The position numbers and the translations under genes are program-made. From Tubiluchus corallicola (taxonomy: Eukaryota > Animalia > Priapulida), in the NCBI GenBank assembly GCA_030141605.1, contig JAQGDQ010000049.1, forward strand, positions 186,001 to 250,000: DNA of 64,000 nucleotides. The letters are read 5' to 3'. The stretch's first letter is position 1, and each line of letters opens with the position of its first letter. Shown here piece after piece: positions 1 through 38,074 of this stretch. A model generated the notes under the pieces. It did no database searches. It saw only the letters and a list, made by a program, of their open reading frames with translations, and had not been told where the DNA came from.

Positions 1-359
1 GCTTCCATCATTTTGCTTTCAGCTTTTCTTGAAGCACCTCATTTAATTCGGTATCTCATATTGGAGGATTAATCTTTGTAATAAGGTTCCTGTATCGCAC
101 AATGATTCATCCTTTTTCATAGGCCCTGCCTTTGAGCACTTTGTTCCAGATTGTAGTGAAGCAAAAAACGCATGTATGTTATTTAAAGTAGCCTATTTTA
201 CCAAATTTCTGTTCTTTAGAATAATCAGTAACTTTGCAGAAATTAATTAGACATTTGACTATAGCATTTCATATTTTCAATTTCATCATTTTTGCTTTTA
301 GCAGGGCAAGAAAAGTACCTGTTTAACTAAATTTTATGTTTTGCTTGTTTCTCGCGCAG

Positions 360-3300
360 GGCTCACATTTAACTTTGGTGCACTCTTGGGATGGGTTGCT
401 GTGAAAGGTTCCCCTGATCTGTCTGTGGTTCTCCCCCTTTATGCAGGATGCTTTGCATGGACTATCATTTATGACACGATATATGCACATCAGGTATGAA
501 CGTGCTTTAACAAGGGGCATCTTTTCTTCGACAGTCAAATCTGTTTAATGACACAGATTGCTTAACTCTTCTTTTGACTAATATCTGACTTCACCTCACT
601 CCTACTAGTATACTGTGCACTCATATTAATTTCAACTGTTAGATAACAGTCTCCAAAAAAAGTGTTAAACGGGAATGACTATATTTAAACTTGTGTTTTA
701 ATGATATTTTTGCTGTTTGTGAGTACGTATATTCTAAAAATTATTTGTATTTAATTTAAGTTTTAAAATTTAGAAGAATAAATGACCATTGCTTGTGTTT
801 TCTGTGTTTATCATTCCACTATATTTGACGTAAAGAAAGCTTCCTAAGATTAGGACTGATAGGACTGAAGTTGTTCCAAGCTTCTATTAACCAGAACTTT
901 TCTAACACTGTATTGCTGTTTTCTTGTATGGTTTTGGGTATGCGGAATAGATAAAATTGGTTTATATCGTTTTCAGTGCACTCATTTATGCACGCACCCG
1001 CGTGTGCATTTATCTTTTCTGCAGCTGCGCCTCAGGTGGAAACGCATATGCATCCCGATGCTATGTAAACACCACTTATATTTCAAACATAAATGTGTTT
1101 AACAATGAACTTAATGCATGAATCGTAGATTTTGCAACTAAACATGTTCTAAAGAAAGGAAATTGTGAAAAAGTCACGCAACAGTTTGTATTTGAACCTG
1201 GGCCCTTTTACTTAAGTTTCAAGCACGTTTGAGCAAGATTAGTTTCAGAATTTAGGAATTGTATGTTTAAGCCAGCATAATAGTAATCCTAAAAGTAAGA
1301 TTATCAATAAGTAATAATTATCTTTATTTGGATAACGGTATTGTACCCAATTGCAGTGCTTGTAATTAATTGTAAACAGTAAAATAACATTCTTGCAATT
1401 TCTTTGCATCAATTTAGAATGTTTGAACTGGTAGCTATGTGCATATAAATGTTGTTACATAAATGTACAAACAAAATTGATTCTCGGCTTCTACTATAAT
1501 TTGAATCTTCCTGCTCAGTAGTATTGTGTAGTAATATTTTTTATCATCGCTTTCTATCCCATTTTAAACACCATTTTGGTTTTGTAGGACAAAGACGATG
1601 ACATGGTAATAGGTGTGAAATCTACAGCACTGCTTTTCAGAGACAATACAAAGAAGTGGTTATCCGGTTTCGGATGCATGATGATTGGTGGACTAGGAGC
1701 AGCGGGATACGCTGCTGGACAAACATGGCCATATTATGCAGGGCTTGCACTGACAGCAGCACATATTGCCAATCAGGTAAATAAGTCTTTTCACGATTTC
1801 GTTGTGCACATGCGCAATTGCTGTAGGTCAAAGGTTAACTGACCCCAATCAACGTATCTTAACTACAACTGTCACATAACTTAACTACAACTGTCAGATG
1901 TCATGTGGATAAAGCAAAGCTGTCTGCTGCATTATTTCAGTAACGTCAGTTGTTTTACATGGTTTTTACTTAATTATGCATTTGTCTGCACATAGAGTGA
2001 TTCACAAACAGGATCTTGCTTAAGAACAAGAAAAAAATGAACTAGGTAAAGTTCTAACTGTTAAAACTGTTACTATTACAACAGGTTGAGCTGTGAAGAG
2101 TTGTCAAGTATATGCAAATGCGTTATCTGGTTAACTTAACCTTTGACCTTTTCACGATCATCATGAATCGCTGAAACTGTGAAAACCCTTATTGTTGTGT
2201 AACGCACTGCAACAATTTTCATGTTTGCCATGTATAATTGCCTCTAAATGACTACTGAATTCAACACTCACTATAGCCCAGTATATTGAATGTATACAAT
2301 TTGAGTCTTATACAAACTTTTCATTCTTACTGCTCTTTCCTTTTTTCAGTCTGTCTGTTTAGCCTTTTTTCCATACTTCTGATATTTTCAGTTTTCAGCT
2401 TTGTATAAAGAATTGTAGTGTTCGTTCTGTTACTAAATTCCTTCGGGCATGGCCATTGCCATTGTGTCCGGTGAATGTGGAAACTTTATGATTTTGCAGA
2501 CTTGTTCTGCAAAACTAAATATGCAGAATAGCGTATTGCTTATTGTTCTGCATAGTTTGTCTGTGAGGGATGCCTAACAGAGAAATTACAGTTTCTTCAT
2601 TGAATGCAGGCTTGTCTGATGAAAGTTTTCTTTGCTTTGCAACATTTGTTTTTTTTGTTTGGCATTAAGCAGCATTCACAATTTCACATCACTATTTAAC
2701 AGCTGGAAGCTTCTAATTTGTTATAAGTAGTTTTCTACGTATAATTTGAGTGCTGTAAACTATTAACTTGAATGTGAGTAAAGTGGTTATTTAGGATGAA
2801 ACATTTCCAAATATGTAGAATTAAATACTTAATAGACTCACTTTGAGATGAGCGTTTTAACCCAATTAACGAACTGAATCTATTATCCGATGGATGTTGT
2901 GTGTAGATGTATGAGTCATCTCTCATCAGCTTAGGCAAATAGCTTAAGTGGATTTTAGATGTGAATTAATGTCAAAATTCTTATGTGCAGTTTTTTGAGA
3001 GTATTAATTTATGTAAGAAAATAAACAAAGAATAATAAACGAAATAACAAAGAAAATAAACGAATCACACAAATCTGTTTTTGCCGCTCAGAATTACAAA
3101 AATGCGTGCAAGGTCTGTTGCTTCGTTCTTCACAAAGAAGTTTTTTATGGAATTTTCCTTTTGATTAAAACGTCGGAAATCTGTTGTTGTATTTTGCACA
3201 TATTCACACAAAACACCTAGTCTCACGTAGTGCTTCAGCTTCAGTTGATGACGACCTTGTTTCCTTTGTGAAAAGCAGAGGGAGCTTCAAAAGCAAACCA

Positions 3301-6300
3301 CTGGGTAAGTAATTAAATGTTTAGCTTCCAGAAACAAGATAACTAACTGCAGCCGACCGACAAGCCTGTGACAGATCTTCAAAGCAAAACCGCTAGGCTA
3401 GCATAATAGCGCATATGATAAACGTATCTACTCACAAACAAACATCACTGTTTCTGGGTATATTATAGTCTACAAAATCGATGTAAAGATAACATAAAAG
3501 CAGTAAAAACTCATTGGGCACACACAAGTGTGTGATTTTAAGTACTTGAAGCAAAAATATTGAGTCAATTGTGTGGAGTTATTCGAGTCAATTAGTTTTT
3601 ACATGCATTTGAATAGGCGGTGCTTTTGAGTTAATTAGGCGACTGATTCTATTTGCCTGAGTCTAATAAAAGGCACCTACTGTACCTTATTTTCCTTCTG
3701 TTATAGTGTGCCTTATCGTTAATCTATACATATACAAACTAAATACACATTCAGTCTTCTAAATTAAAATTAATATTGAAAAGTGAAATAGGAACAGCAT
3801 AAGTCACAAATTACGTTCTGCATTCATTTATAGAGAGAGAATATTTTTATCAAAATTCACAGCTAGTTCCCATCATAATTTTGTTCATGCATCTGTAATA
3901 TACGTAATGGACAAAATTCTGATCTGTCGTGAGGTTTATTTGTACATTTAACATCGAATTTATATCACTTGCATTATTACACGGCTTAGTGGATTTAGAA
4001 ATCCAGCATGTCTTTACCGTCTTGAAAATTTATTAAACGTGGAACTGAAAGGATGCTTTAGTCAGGGCTGTATGACGTATTCGTGCATTTGTCGCAATTT
4101 GTACACCTTTGTTCGGATTACGTGTGAGGGCACTATTGGTTGCATGAAGCACATCTCGGCAGCACACGACCAGTGGCGTAAGTAATAGGGGAACGATGGG
4201 AGCTGCCGCTCTCCTGATCTCATTTTACAAAATTGACTCCTCTTCAACAACCTGCCTTATTACTTTGTTTGACCAACCTGCCTCCGTGTTTTTGAAATAT
4301 GCTTGAATTTATGCAACTCATTTGTCAAGGTTGACTGGTTGAACCAAGAATCAAATTGCCGATAATCTAATTATTATAATATATTCTTGTCACACACTGT
4401 TACTGTCTGTTGTGGCAGAGGCAAACATATAATTGCTTCATGTGTCGCCTTTTTTATGTGTTTGCTTCCCAGAACTTTATAACCTGGCTATGCTCCTGTA
4501 TATGTATATATATATATATATATACTAATTCTTTATTTGTCATTAAAATGGCTCACTGTACACAATATTTCTTGATATTTGTTGAATTTTTCACAATTTA
4601 TATGGTCTTCAATGGGTTTTCTGAATTATTTCTACGGAAAGTAGATGTGAAGTAGTTTAACTTTGATGGCACTCATCATGTTTACATATTGTCTTTGCCT
4701 GAATTAGCCTTTATTCTGTGACTGCAGTATGTTTTTGATGCAGTAAAATGTTAGTGCACAGAGTGTATGCGTAATATACCATCCACAGTTCTGCTAGACT
4801 AATATCTTTATTTTGGGCAACAGAAATGTACCTAGTAACAAATTAATATTGGCTGAATAGTACATTTGTGCTACACATTTTCTAACAGACTTACAGAAAA
4901 CTAGGTTAAAAAACTGGAAAGTCACTAAGCGTGTCTGCAGTCCGAAATCTAAACTCTCGGCCACCGAAATCTCAGAAAACTCAAGTAATTGTCCCGAGCT
5001 AATTGAATACAGACAAACTTGATTTGTAATTTGGTTAAACACTGAAGCAGAACAATTAAATTAGATTGGATTGGATTGGATTGGATTGGGTCAGATGTGA
5101 TTCGAGTGGAGTGAATTAGGTTAGGTTAGGAGTGGGCAGGCTAGATTAGGTTTGGTTAGATTGGAATAAATTAGATTGGATAGATTTTATTGGATTGGAT
5201 TGGGTTAGGTTAGATTAGATTAGATTAGATCAGATTATGTGAAATTAGTTTAGATTAGACTAGATCACGTCAGGTCAGATCAAATTAGATTAGATTAGAT
5301 TGTTTGATCAATAAAATGTAGCGTTAGTAATCCCTGATAATTGATTTACTTTAAGTTTGAAGTTTTAAGAGGTCTGCTTCTCTTCACAAAAACACAAATG
5401 CGAAATATGAGCATAAATGAGGATACCAAGCGTCACACTGAGTTACTTTTGTAATAACTTAACAGCTAATGTGTGTTGTCTTCAGTTGCTTTGTTATGAT
5501 TAGGATATCTAGTGAATATGAGATACCTTCGTCATGGATGCATTATCCCAATTACGCCGTGCGTGTACACCTGCGCAAGAAACCTGAACCCAAGACTGTT
5601 GTTTGAACTTCTCCTAATGTCAGTCACTGTTAAAGTTGTTGCAATTAAGCTAAGGCTTGTCTATTTTTTGACAGATAATATGGTGATTTCAAAGTAAGCC
5701 ACTGTAATTGTTAATCTCGACTGCGATAGTCTGTCTTAAACCCAGAACTGCCATCTGACGTTAAAATGTTAATTGGCCGTGTATTTTTGCTCTGTTTATG
5801 AATGTAGTGCAGTACCTTAAGCATTCACTTGATGTGATGCTCCGTAAATTCTTTATGAGGTCATTGTCATGAGAATTCAGTAACATTTTTTAATGAAATC
5901 TCTAGAGAAAATGTATTCGCAAGAGAGTCAGACCTTTCGAAGATAAAGGCTCTCTTATCCCAGTTAACACTTGAAGTTCTTTAGCCATGCATTTGATTTT
6001 TTTAAATTAATTAAATTAATTAATAAATAAGGATCTGTATTAAACATAAAATTAAATGCATCACTCTTTGTACAGATTTAAAAAAATTGTTTTTGCGTTG
6101 ATATTCATTGATTCATTTACTTATTTGCTTTCCCATCTTTCTTTTCTCACTTTGCTTTATTTCTTGATTTATCCATTCGTTAGATGTATTCGTCACTCTT
6201 TCCTACATGTATTTATTTATAATTCCACATTTTTGCACTACGTTTTATCTCTACATATACGTTTGTAAGATATTTGTTGCATTTACATTTGAATTATCAC

Positions 6301-9300
6301 TGCTATGACTAGGGGAGGGGGGGGGCTACTGATAGGAGTTTTTCACATCATGGTAGAAAAAGAATGCTTAAATAAAGTTCATTTTTTTGCTACAACTCAC
6401 CAGATTTTTTTACAATGACAAACTTATAAGAGACATGCAGAAAATTTTTGCAGTGTTGTTTTCTGTCAAAATGAAACACAATATATGATGTCTCTTATCC
6501 AAAAGACATTAATTTAAAAGCATCTTGCTGATAAGTGAAACGTTGCTTTTTAATTTCACATTTTTCGTTTTAGCACGTTTGTGTAGAACATGGATATGGT
6601 TTGTGCTCCTTCATTCAATTTATAGTGTTAATGCTAGGCTTGATTTTTGTTCTACCAAAAAGTTTCTTCAAGTACAGGCGAAAGTTTGGACTCTGGTAAA
6701 TGTATATTAAGGGGTTAGAGAAAGAGTTAATCAATGTGCATGTGTACCTGATTGATTTTAGGATGTTGTCATTTGTCTTTGTGGCCTGGTAAAGAATAAG
6801 ATGAAGAGCATGGGGGGAGTAACAGAAGATGGTCGTACCAATAATCAAAGCCGTCATTTTAGTTATTTTCACTTGTGAAGAGAACGACGGTGGCCTGTTG
6901 AGTGGTGCAATTTTGCGCTGTTGATGTCGAAGAGACAGACTCATTGCTACGTAAGCAACAATAACAAAGAAGGAAATTGCTACATAGTGAAAAGCAAGTA
7001 CGTCAGCATACCAGTCCCACAAAAGGTCCTCCATTTGGCATTCCGTTTCAGGACCCCAAAGCATTATCGTCTGTACGATGAATAGAATGCATTGAATGAA
7101 CGCATATGAACATGAAATTGAGAGCAATAGCGTCATGTGGCTCACTGTCATATACACTTTGTGGTCTATGGGTTTTGTAATTGCCCAGTATCGATCATAG
7201 GTCACGGCACTTAACACACCGAGATCAAAGTAGATAACAAACCCCATTGTGGTTCTCTGTATAATGCAGATTATGAGCGTGTGCTTGCTAGAAATCAGTA
7301 CCATGGTCCAGACCATCCCAAACAGAGGGACAACAATGTCTGTTGCAGCCAGACTGCAGAGGAGCATGTTGGTCGGTGTTTGCAACAATTTGAACTTCAT
7401 CACGGTCATGATTATCACACAGTTCAGCGAGCTGATGACTGGTCCCGTTAGCCATGTGATGACCATAACGATTATAGTCGTCACTTCTTTGTTTTCTGAA
7501 GCATCTTCAGTGACATTACTGTTGTTGATTGGTAGGAGGAGCATCATGTTTTCTTCCTCTGTTTTCATTATCCACATTTAGCTTCTTTGCACATAGCAAC
7601 ACTATAGCATTATCTAATAACAACTATCATATTCTCATTTTTCTTGAAGAGGCAAGACAGACATTTATTGTTCAGCTGAATTTCCAGATTTATGAAATTT
7701 TTCTCACTGTATTATCTTTCTGCATATTAGTTACATAACTATATTTACGTAACTGTTTCTAAGGGAGAAAGTCCTGTACAGTCATCATATCATTCACCTG
7801 CAACCGTTAATACAATGACATTTAAATTGCACATTAATTTGTTAGCAGTGCATTTGCAAAAGATCTCTCTAATTTGATTATATCTGACTTCTGTGCATAG
7901 AACCATGTGAACTCTGATAGTTAACGTGATATGCTAATTTACCTGCCTGACTGCGCATCCTGGCTTCATGTGTGGCTCAGTATCGTGCTTGATCCTTTTA
8001 GCTGTTATTATATTTTTCAAAGTGATTTATCCGCAGTTTTTATTACCAGTCAGCTTATGATATCTGCCTCAATATTCAGTATTCATATCAGTGACAGTAC
8101 CTATTTAAAATGCCTCTTTGTTTTAAAAGATTTTTTTTCATTAAGAACTGCTAGAATTTGGCATTAACTTTGTTACTAGGCAAAAGCTGAGGCTCCACAA
8201 AAAGTCAAAGAAACTGTTATTTTATAGTTATTACTTACAAAAACAAACAATTTATGAATTTTTTTTCATAAAGAAACCACTGTAATTTTTTTTTCATGAT
8301 TCATGACTTGTTGACTGACTTTGCACAAGTAATTATTGTCCTTTGACTTTTTCATGATCATAGACAGTGTCTGTAGGTTGTTTCACTGCAAGGAAAGCTT
8401 AGCTGTTCGATTGTTTATTGCACAAGAGATGATTGTTATAGGATTAGGATCTTAAGAAGATTATAGCTGGACAGCATTTTGCAATTCTGCAAATTGATTT
8501 TGTTTGTATCCAGTATGGCTGTGTTTACCTGAATGTCTAGATTGTTCAACCCGAATATTTGCCTTGAGTTGCAATCAGTCTCTGCTTAGGCTGCTTGCAC
8601 TTAATAACAAAGTTAACCAGTTTAAATAAAACAAATTTATACATTCCCTAATTACCTGCAACTAACGATATCATTAATTAATTGTAGGTTATTTTACAAA
8701 TTATTACCCATTGCAGGAAAAAGGAGACACTGAAAAATTGTGGATTAGTCGGGATTTGAATTCGAGACCTAGTTGTCGGGATCTGAGCTGAAACTTGAGA
8801 TTATCCAGGTCATGGGATCTCGACTAGTCCACAATTTTCAATGTCTCTTTTCTCCAATTCATTACCCGCATTGGGTAATAATTTGTAAAATAAAGTACAA
8901 TGGTTTATAAAAATTCTGGCAGTCACCGTCGTAATTAATTAATAAAACTAATTTAATTTACATAATTTTTTATGTATACTCTAGAAAGCAGTGTGGAATT
9001 GTTAGAAAATGATACTTGTTAGATTGAAGTCACAGGCTAAGCTTTAGTAATTTTCATAAGCTGTAGTGCTTAAACAATGCCATTATAGTAACTGCACCAC
9101 AACTTGCAGTCATTACCGTATTTTGATTTACAACCAATGTGGATTTGTTGGATTAGGATTATATTGCAGTGCTGGCTAAAGTTTACAATTCCCCACACAC
9201 AAGAAACTAGTTCGGATTAGGGTTAAAGTTATTTAGGGTTAATTTAGGATTAGGGTTATGGTCATGGTTGGGATTAGGGTTGGGGTATTTAAGTTGGGAA

Positions 9301-9657
9301 TTGTAAACTCTTGGGTACAATAAACCATGAGTTGTGTTTTGTGTAAATATTAAAGGCAGTTTATTGTATTTTAAACTGTTATATACTGCCGTTTCAAAAA
9401 TAACTAATGTGCCTTCACTTAAATATTTTAAAGTCTTAGTCGGTCAACGAAAAATCAATAGGAATTGAGCCCAGTTTAATGATGAATTTTGTTCTCTTCA
9501 GGTTGGAACATTAAATATTAACCATCCTGCTGACTGCTGGAAAAAGTTCCGGTCCAACTTTCACCTTGGCCTCATACTCTTTACTGGTATAGTGGCTGGA
9601 AACTTACTGAAGGAGGAAAAGCAGGATGAAGAGAAGAAGAAGAAAGAGACAAGCTAA
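360..9657 (+). CDS. COQ2: 4-hydroxybenzoate polyprenyltransferase (UbiA family), 3' part; exons 360-493, 1588-1776, 9502-9657; upstream exons lie outside the window
   Basis: Spliced translation [12 protein letters not shown]...[12 protein letters not shown]|[17 protein letters not shown]...AHIANQ|[19 protein letters not shown]...KKKKETS* contains the UbiA second Asp-rich motif YxxQDxxDD and GxKSTA. All junctions are AG/GT and phase-consistent. AATAAA at 9817-9822. Confidence 0.95.
1780..2193. mobile_element. Probable MITE immediately after the COQ2 exon donor
   Basis: Imperfect TIRs AATAAGTCTTTTCAC / GTGAAAACCCTTATT and inner inverted pair AGGTCAAAGGTTAA / TTAACCTTTGACCT. Confidence 0.55.
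5058..5301. repeat. Degenerate pentanucleotide microsatellite (ATTAG/ATTGG/GTTAG)n
   Basis: Visible tandem 5-mers such as TTAGATTAGATTAGA and TTGGATTGGATTGGA. Confidence 0.85.
6615..7577 (-). CDS. Intronless rhodopsin-like (class A) GPCR, 320 aa, nested antisense in the last COQ2 intron
   Basis: Seven hydrophobic segments with LAATD (TM2), [10 protein letters not shown] (TM3 DRY), FCYSP (TM6) and NSFSNPLIY (TM7 NPxxY). N-terminal sequons NNS and NVT. Confidence 0.92.
   Translation of the reverse strand: MWIMKTEEENMMLLLPINNSNVTEDASENKEVTTIIVMVITWLTGPVISSLNCVIIMTVMKFKLLQTPTNMLLCSLAATDIVVPLFGMVWTMVLISSKHTLIICIIQRTTMGFVIYFDLGVLSAVTYDRYWAITKPIDHKVYMTVSHMTLLLSISCSYAFIQCILFIVQTIMLWGPETECQMEDLLWDWYADVLAFHYVAISFFVIVAYVAMSLSLRHQQRKIAPLNRPPSFSSQVKITKMTALIIGTTIFCYSPHALHLILYQATKTNDNILKSIRYTCTLINSFSNPLIYIYQSPNFRLYLKKLFGRTKIKPSINTIN
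8689..8893. mobile_element. Foldback MITE-like element with long nested inverted repeats and internal tRNA B-box-like motifs
   Basis: TTATTTTACAAATTATTACCCA / TGGGTAATAATTTGTAAAATAA, plus inner arms GAGACACTGAAAAATTGTGGATTAGTCGGGAT / ATCTCGACTAGTCCACAATTTTCAATGTCTC. Confidence 0.7.
9172..9312 (+). mobile_element. Dispersed mini-element with TTAGGG-like internal array, copy A
   Basis: Perfect 14-bp inverted repeat AGTTTACAATTCCC (9180-9193) / GGGAATTGTAAACT (9296-9309) flanking degenerate TTAGGG hexamers; homologous to copies at 19113 and 35870. Confidence 0.75.
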
Positions 9658-12222
9658 GATAAGTTGCCTAAACTAAACATTAGTATCTGGCTACTTTGAT
9701 GAGCACTTTTCATGTATTTGAGCATATAGAGTTTTTGGACTATAATTTTATAGATATCCACCATTTTATAGAAATTTTATAGATAAAATACCAAAGTTGC
9801 CCTGTGTATGGCGACGAATAAAACTAATATATATGGTTAGAACAACGTATAAACGACAAACTGTGACGAGGTAAATTGGGTAAAATGTTGTTACTTAATC
9901 GGGTTTTAATGGTAAATTTTGCCTACCACAAAGTTTCTTTACATTTGTGATGACAACCTTGTGACGAATTTCAACATTCTGATGCATTTTGCAGTCTCAT
10001 ATAAATGCTATTTTTGATAATGATGAATTAATATCTCGATCAGAAGACATGAATTTTCAATTTCAAGTAATTTATTCGGCAAAGTAAACATATACTTTTA
10101 CACTAGAAAGTACATAAAATTAAATTTGTGATTCATACAATGTTGAGAGTACAAAATTACACATGCTGTTGGAGACCTATGTGAAGCTAGCTTATATTAG
10201 GCCACCAGAATTAGTAATGAAAAACACGTAACTAATAGTTAGAAAGAGTTATAATAGGTGGTACATGTGACTGTATAATTATTCACTTTGTTGAAAAGTA
10301 TGCAAATACACTGTCACTTCGCGGGTGCCTTTAACTGAAATGATTGATGCAAAATTCTAACAACTCTAAGTCTAATAAGTTTTTAACACATTTTGAATAG
10401 ATTAATGCTACACTTAGTATTTTTGTGCCAGAAATATGCAACATTTTCTAGAATGAGTACAATTCAGTTCACATTATGAACTCTGTATAAACTATTACGT
10501 TTGTTTAGCCAGTAAAACTGATTATCAGGTTTTTCATGTGGCTGTAGCCACTCATCATATATACAGTTCCAGAAGGTAAACAAATTCTATTTAGGTTCAC
10601 ATTGAACACAAGTCTTCTATTGTTTTAATGCGCATGCACTGAATAAATAAACTTTAACCATAACAATCATGTTATGTGAAAATGTGTAGAAATTGCATGT
10701 CCCATAGAAAGCACAATTTAACTGTTGAGGGACATAATAAATTACATCTTGTTTACCAGAATAATATTTGTTTTTATTTTTTGACAACATGAAAACTAGT
10801 ACATAGTGCTATGAAGAAATCATAAAATTTTGTTAATATCAAGTATATTATTTGTTTAAATGTTAAGAGTTATCTGATTGTAGACCTATACAGTCACATT
10901 CATACTGTCACAATTAAAGCACAAAGTTTATAATAAAATGAAAAAGAGACTATAGGAGACTATAATAATTTGTCATACTGTCAATAATGAGCAAGTCTGT
11001 ATGTGTACTACCAGACAGCGTCTAATCAAGGTGAACATGCTATAGTGTCAGAATCAAAATTTTTGACAAACTTGTAAGGATATGGAACACTCCAGTGGTT
11101 TTCTTGAATGACCTTTTTAAAATGGCCTTTTTATGATAGATTGTATTTCACTAGACTTTGACCATATCTTTTCACACACATAGGTAAGTCAAACAGAGAT
11201 AGAAGTGGGTCCCTGTGGTATGCTCAAATTTTTGGGATACCCAAAAAAGTCATATACCTAATATTAACCCAATTAAGCATACTAGCACTAGTGTAATTTT
11301 ATCAGGTTGAAGTCGGAGAGGTGTACTAACAACATTCACATTTTCATGCCCCCTCTCGTAACGAAGTCAGCAATGGTAATCAGTCATCACCCATGTATTG
11401 ATGAGCAGGCTCAGCTTATTATTATTATCGCTAAAAATTTCTGTTACTAAACTCTTAATGTGACCGCTATTCTACCCTCCTCGACAAATGTGATTTCATT
11501 ACACCGAGCATGTAACTACCCAAACCTTACTGATTTCTATACAATGTGATGCAGTATAAGTGACAAGCTTGATATTTGTCCCTGAGCAAGCGGTATAAAC
11601 AGGTATTTCTTTGCATATGTTGCATTTTAGATAAAAAACAAACTTACTCAAGACTGAAGGTGAAGACAAGAAGAACAAAACAAGAAAGTCATTGGCTAGC
11701 ATCATTTTTGAACAATAAGTATCACCACCTTTGCAGATATTTTGGGGTTCGCTCATACATTGACAGTTTGACACGTCTATTTCTCATTGCTACAAGAAGG
11801 CACTGCTAACAAGTAATTTAGGCTGTATTAACACATCCATCGAATTACTAAAGAAACTTAAAAATTATACAACTAAAGTTTAAAAATAAATGTTATACAA
11901 ACTTATACTTAACTATACCTCTACATAATCAATAAACTAAGCAATTAGCTTATTTAACAAAATAATTTGGTATAAAATTGTTGGAATAACTGGCAAAATT
12001 ATATAAATGTGATCATGCTAATAATCATGTAATAAGAAATTCATATTCGTTGTGCTCTAATGACAGGCTTTCTATAAATTTCACTTGCTCACCTAAATGA
12101 TGTTATCATAATTTCAATATTTAGATATTAAAAACATTATGAAAAAGCTGATTTTATATACAGTATGCTGAGGTAAGTAGCAGCAAAATGGTGTTTAGTG
12201 TCTGCAGACTTCTGCAATTATA

Positions 12223-38074
<25,852 letters not shown>

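Noticed and set aside
494-1587. Search for a second mutually exclusive COQ2 exon; small hairpin at 988-1009
   Set aside because: No TLNW/YDTIYSHQ-like frame found; the 8-bp hairpin is not significant on its own.
7249-7581. 110-aa plus-strand ORF
   Set aside because: Antisense shadow of the GPCR coding sequence.
9631-9657. Lys-rich COQ2 C-terminus as an ER-retrieval KKxx signal
   Set aside because: Position -3 is Glu (KKETS), so it does not fit KKxx or KxKxx, and COQ2 is mitochondrial.
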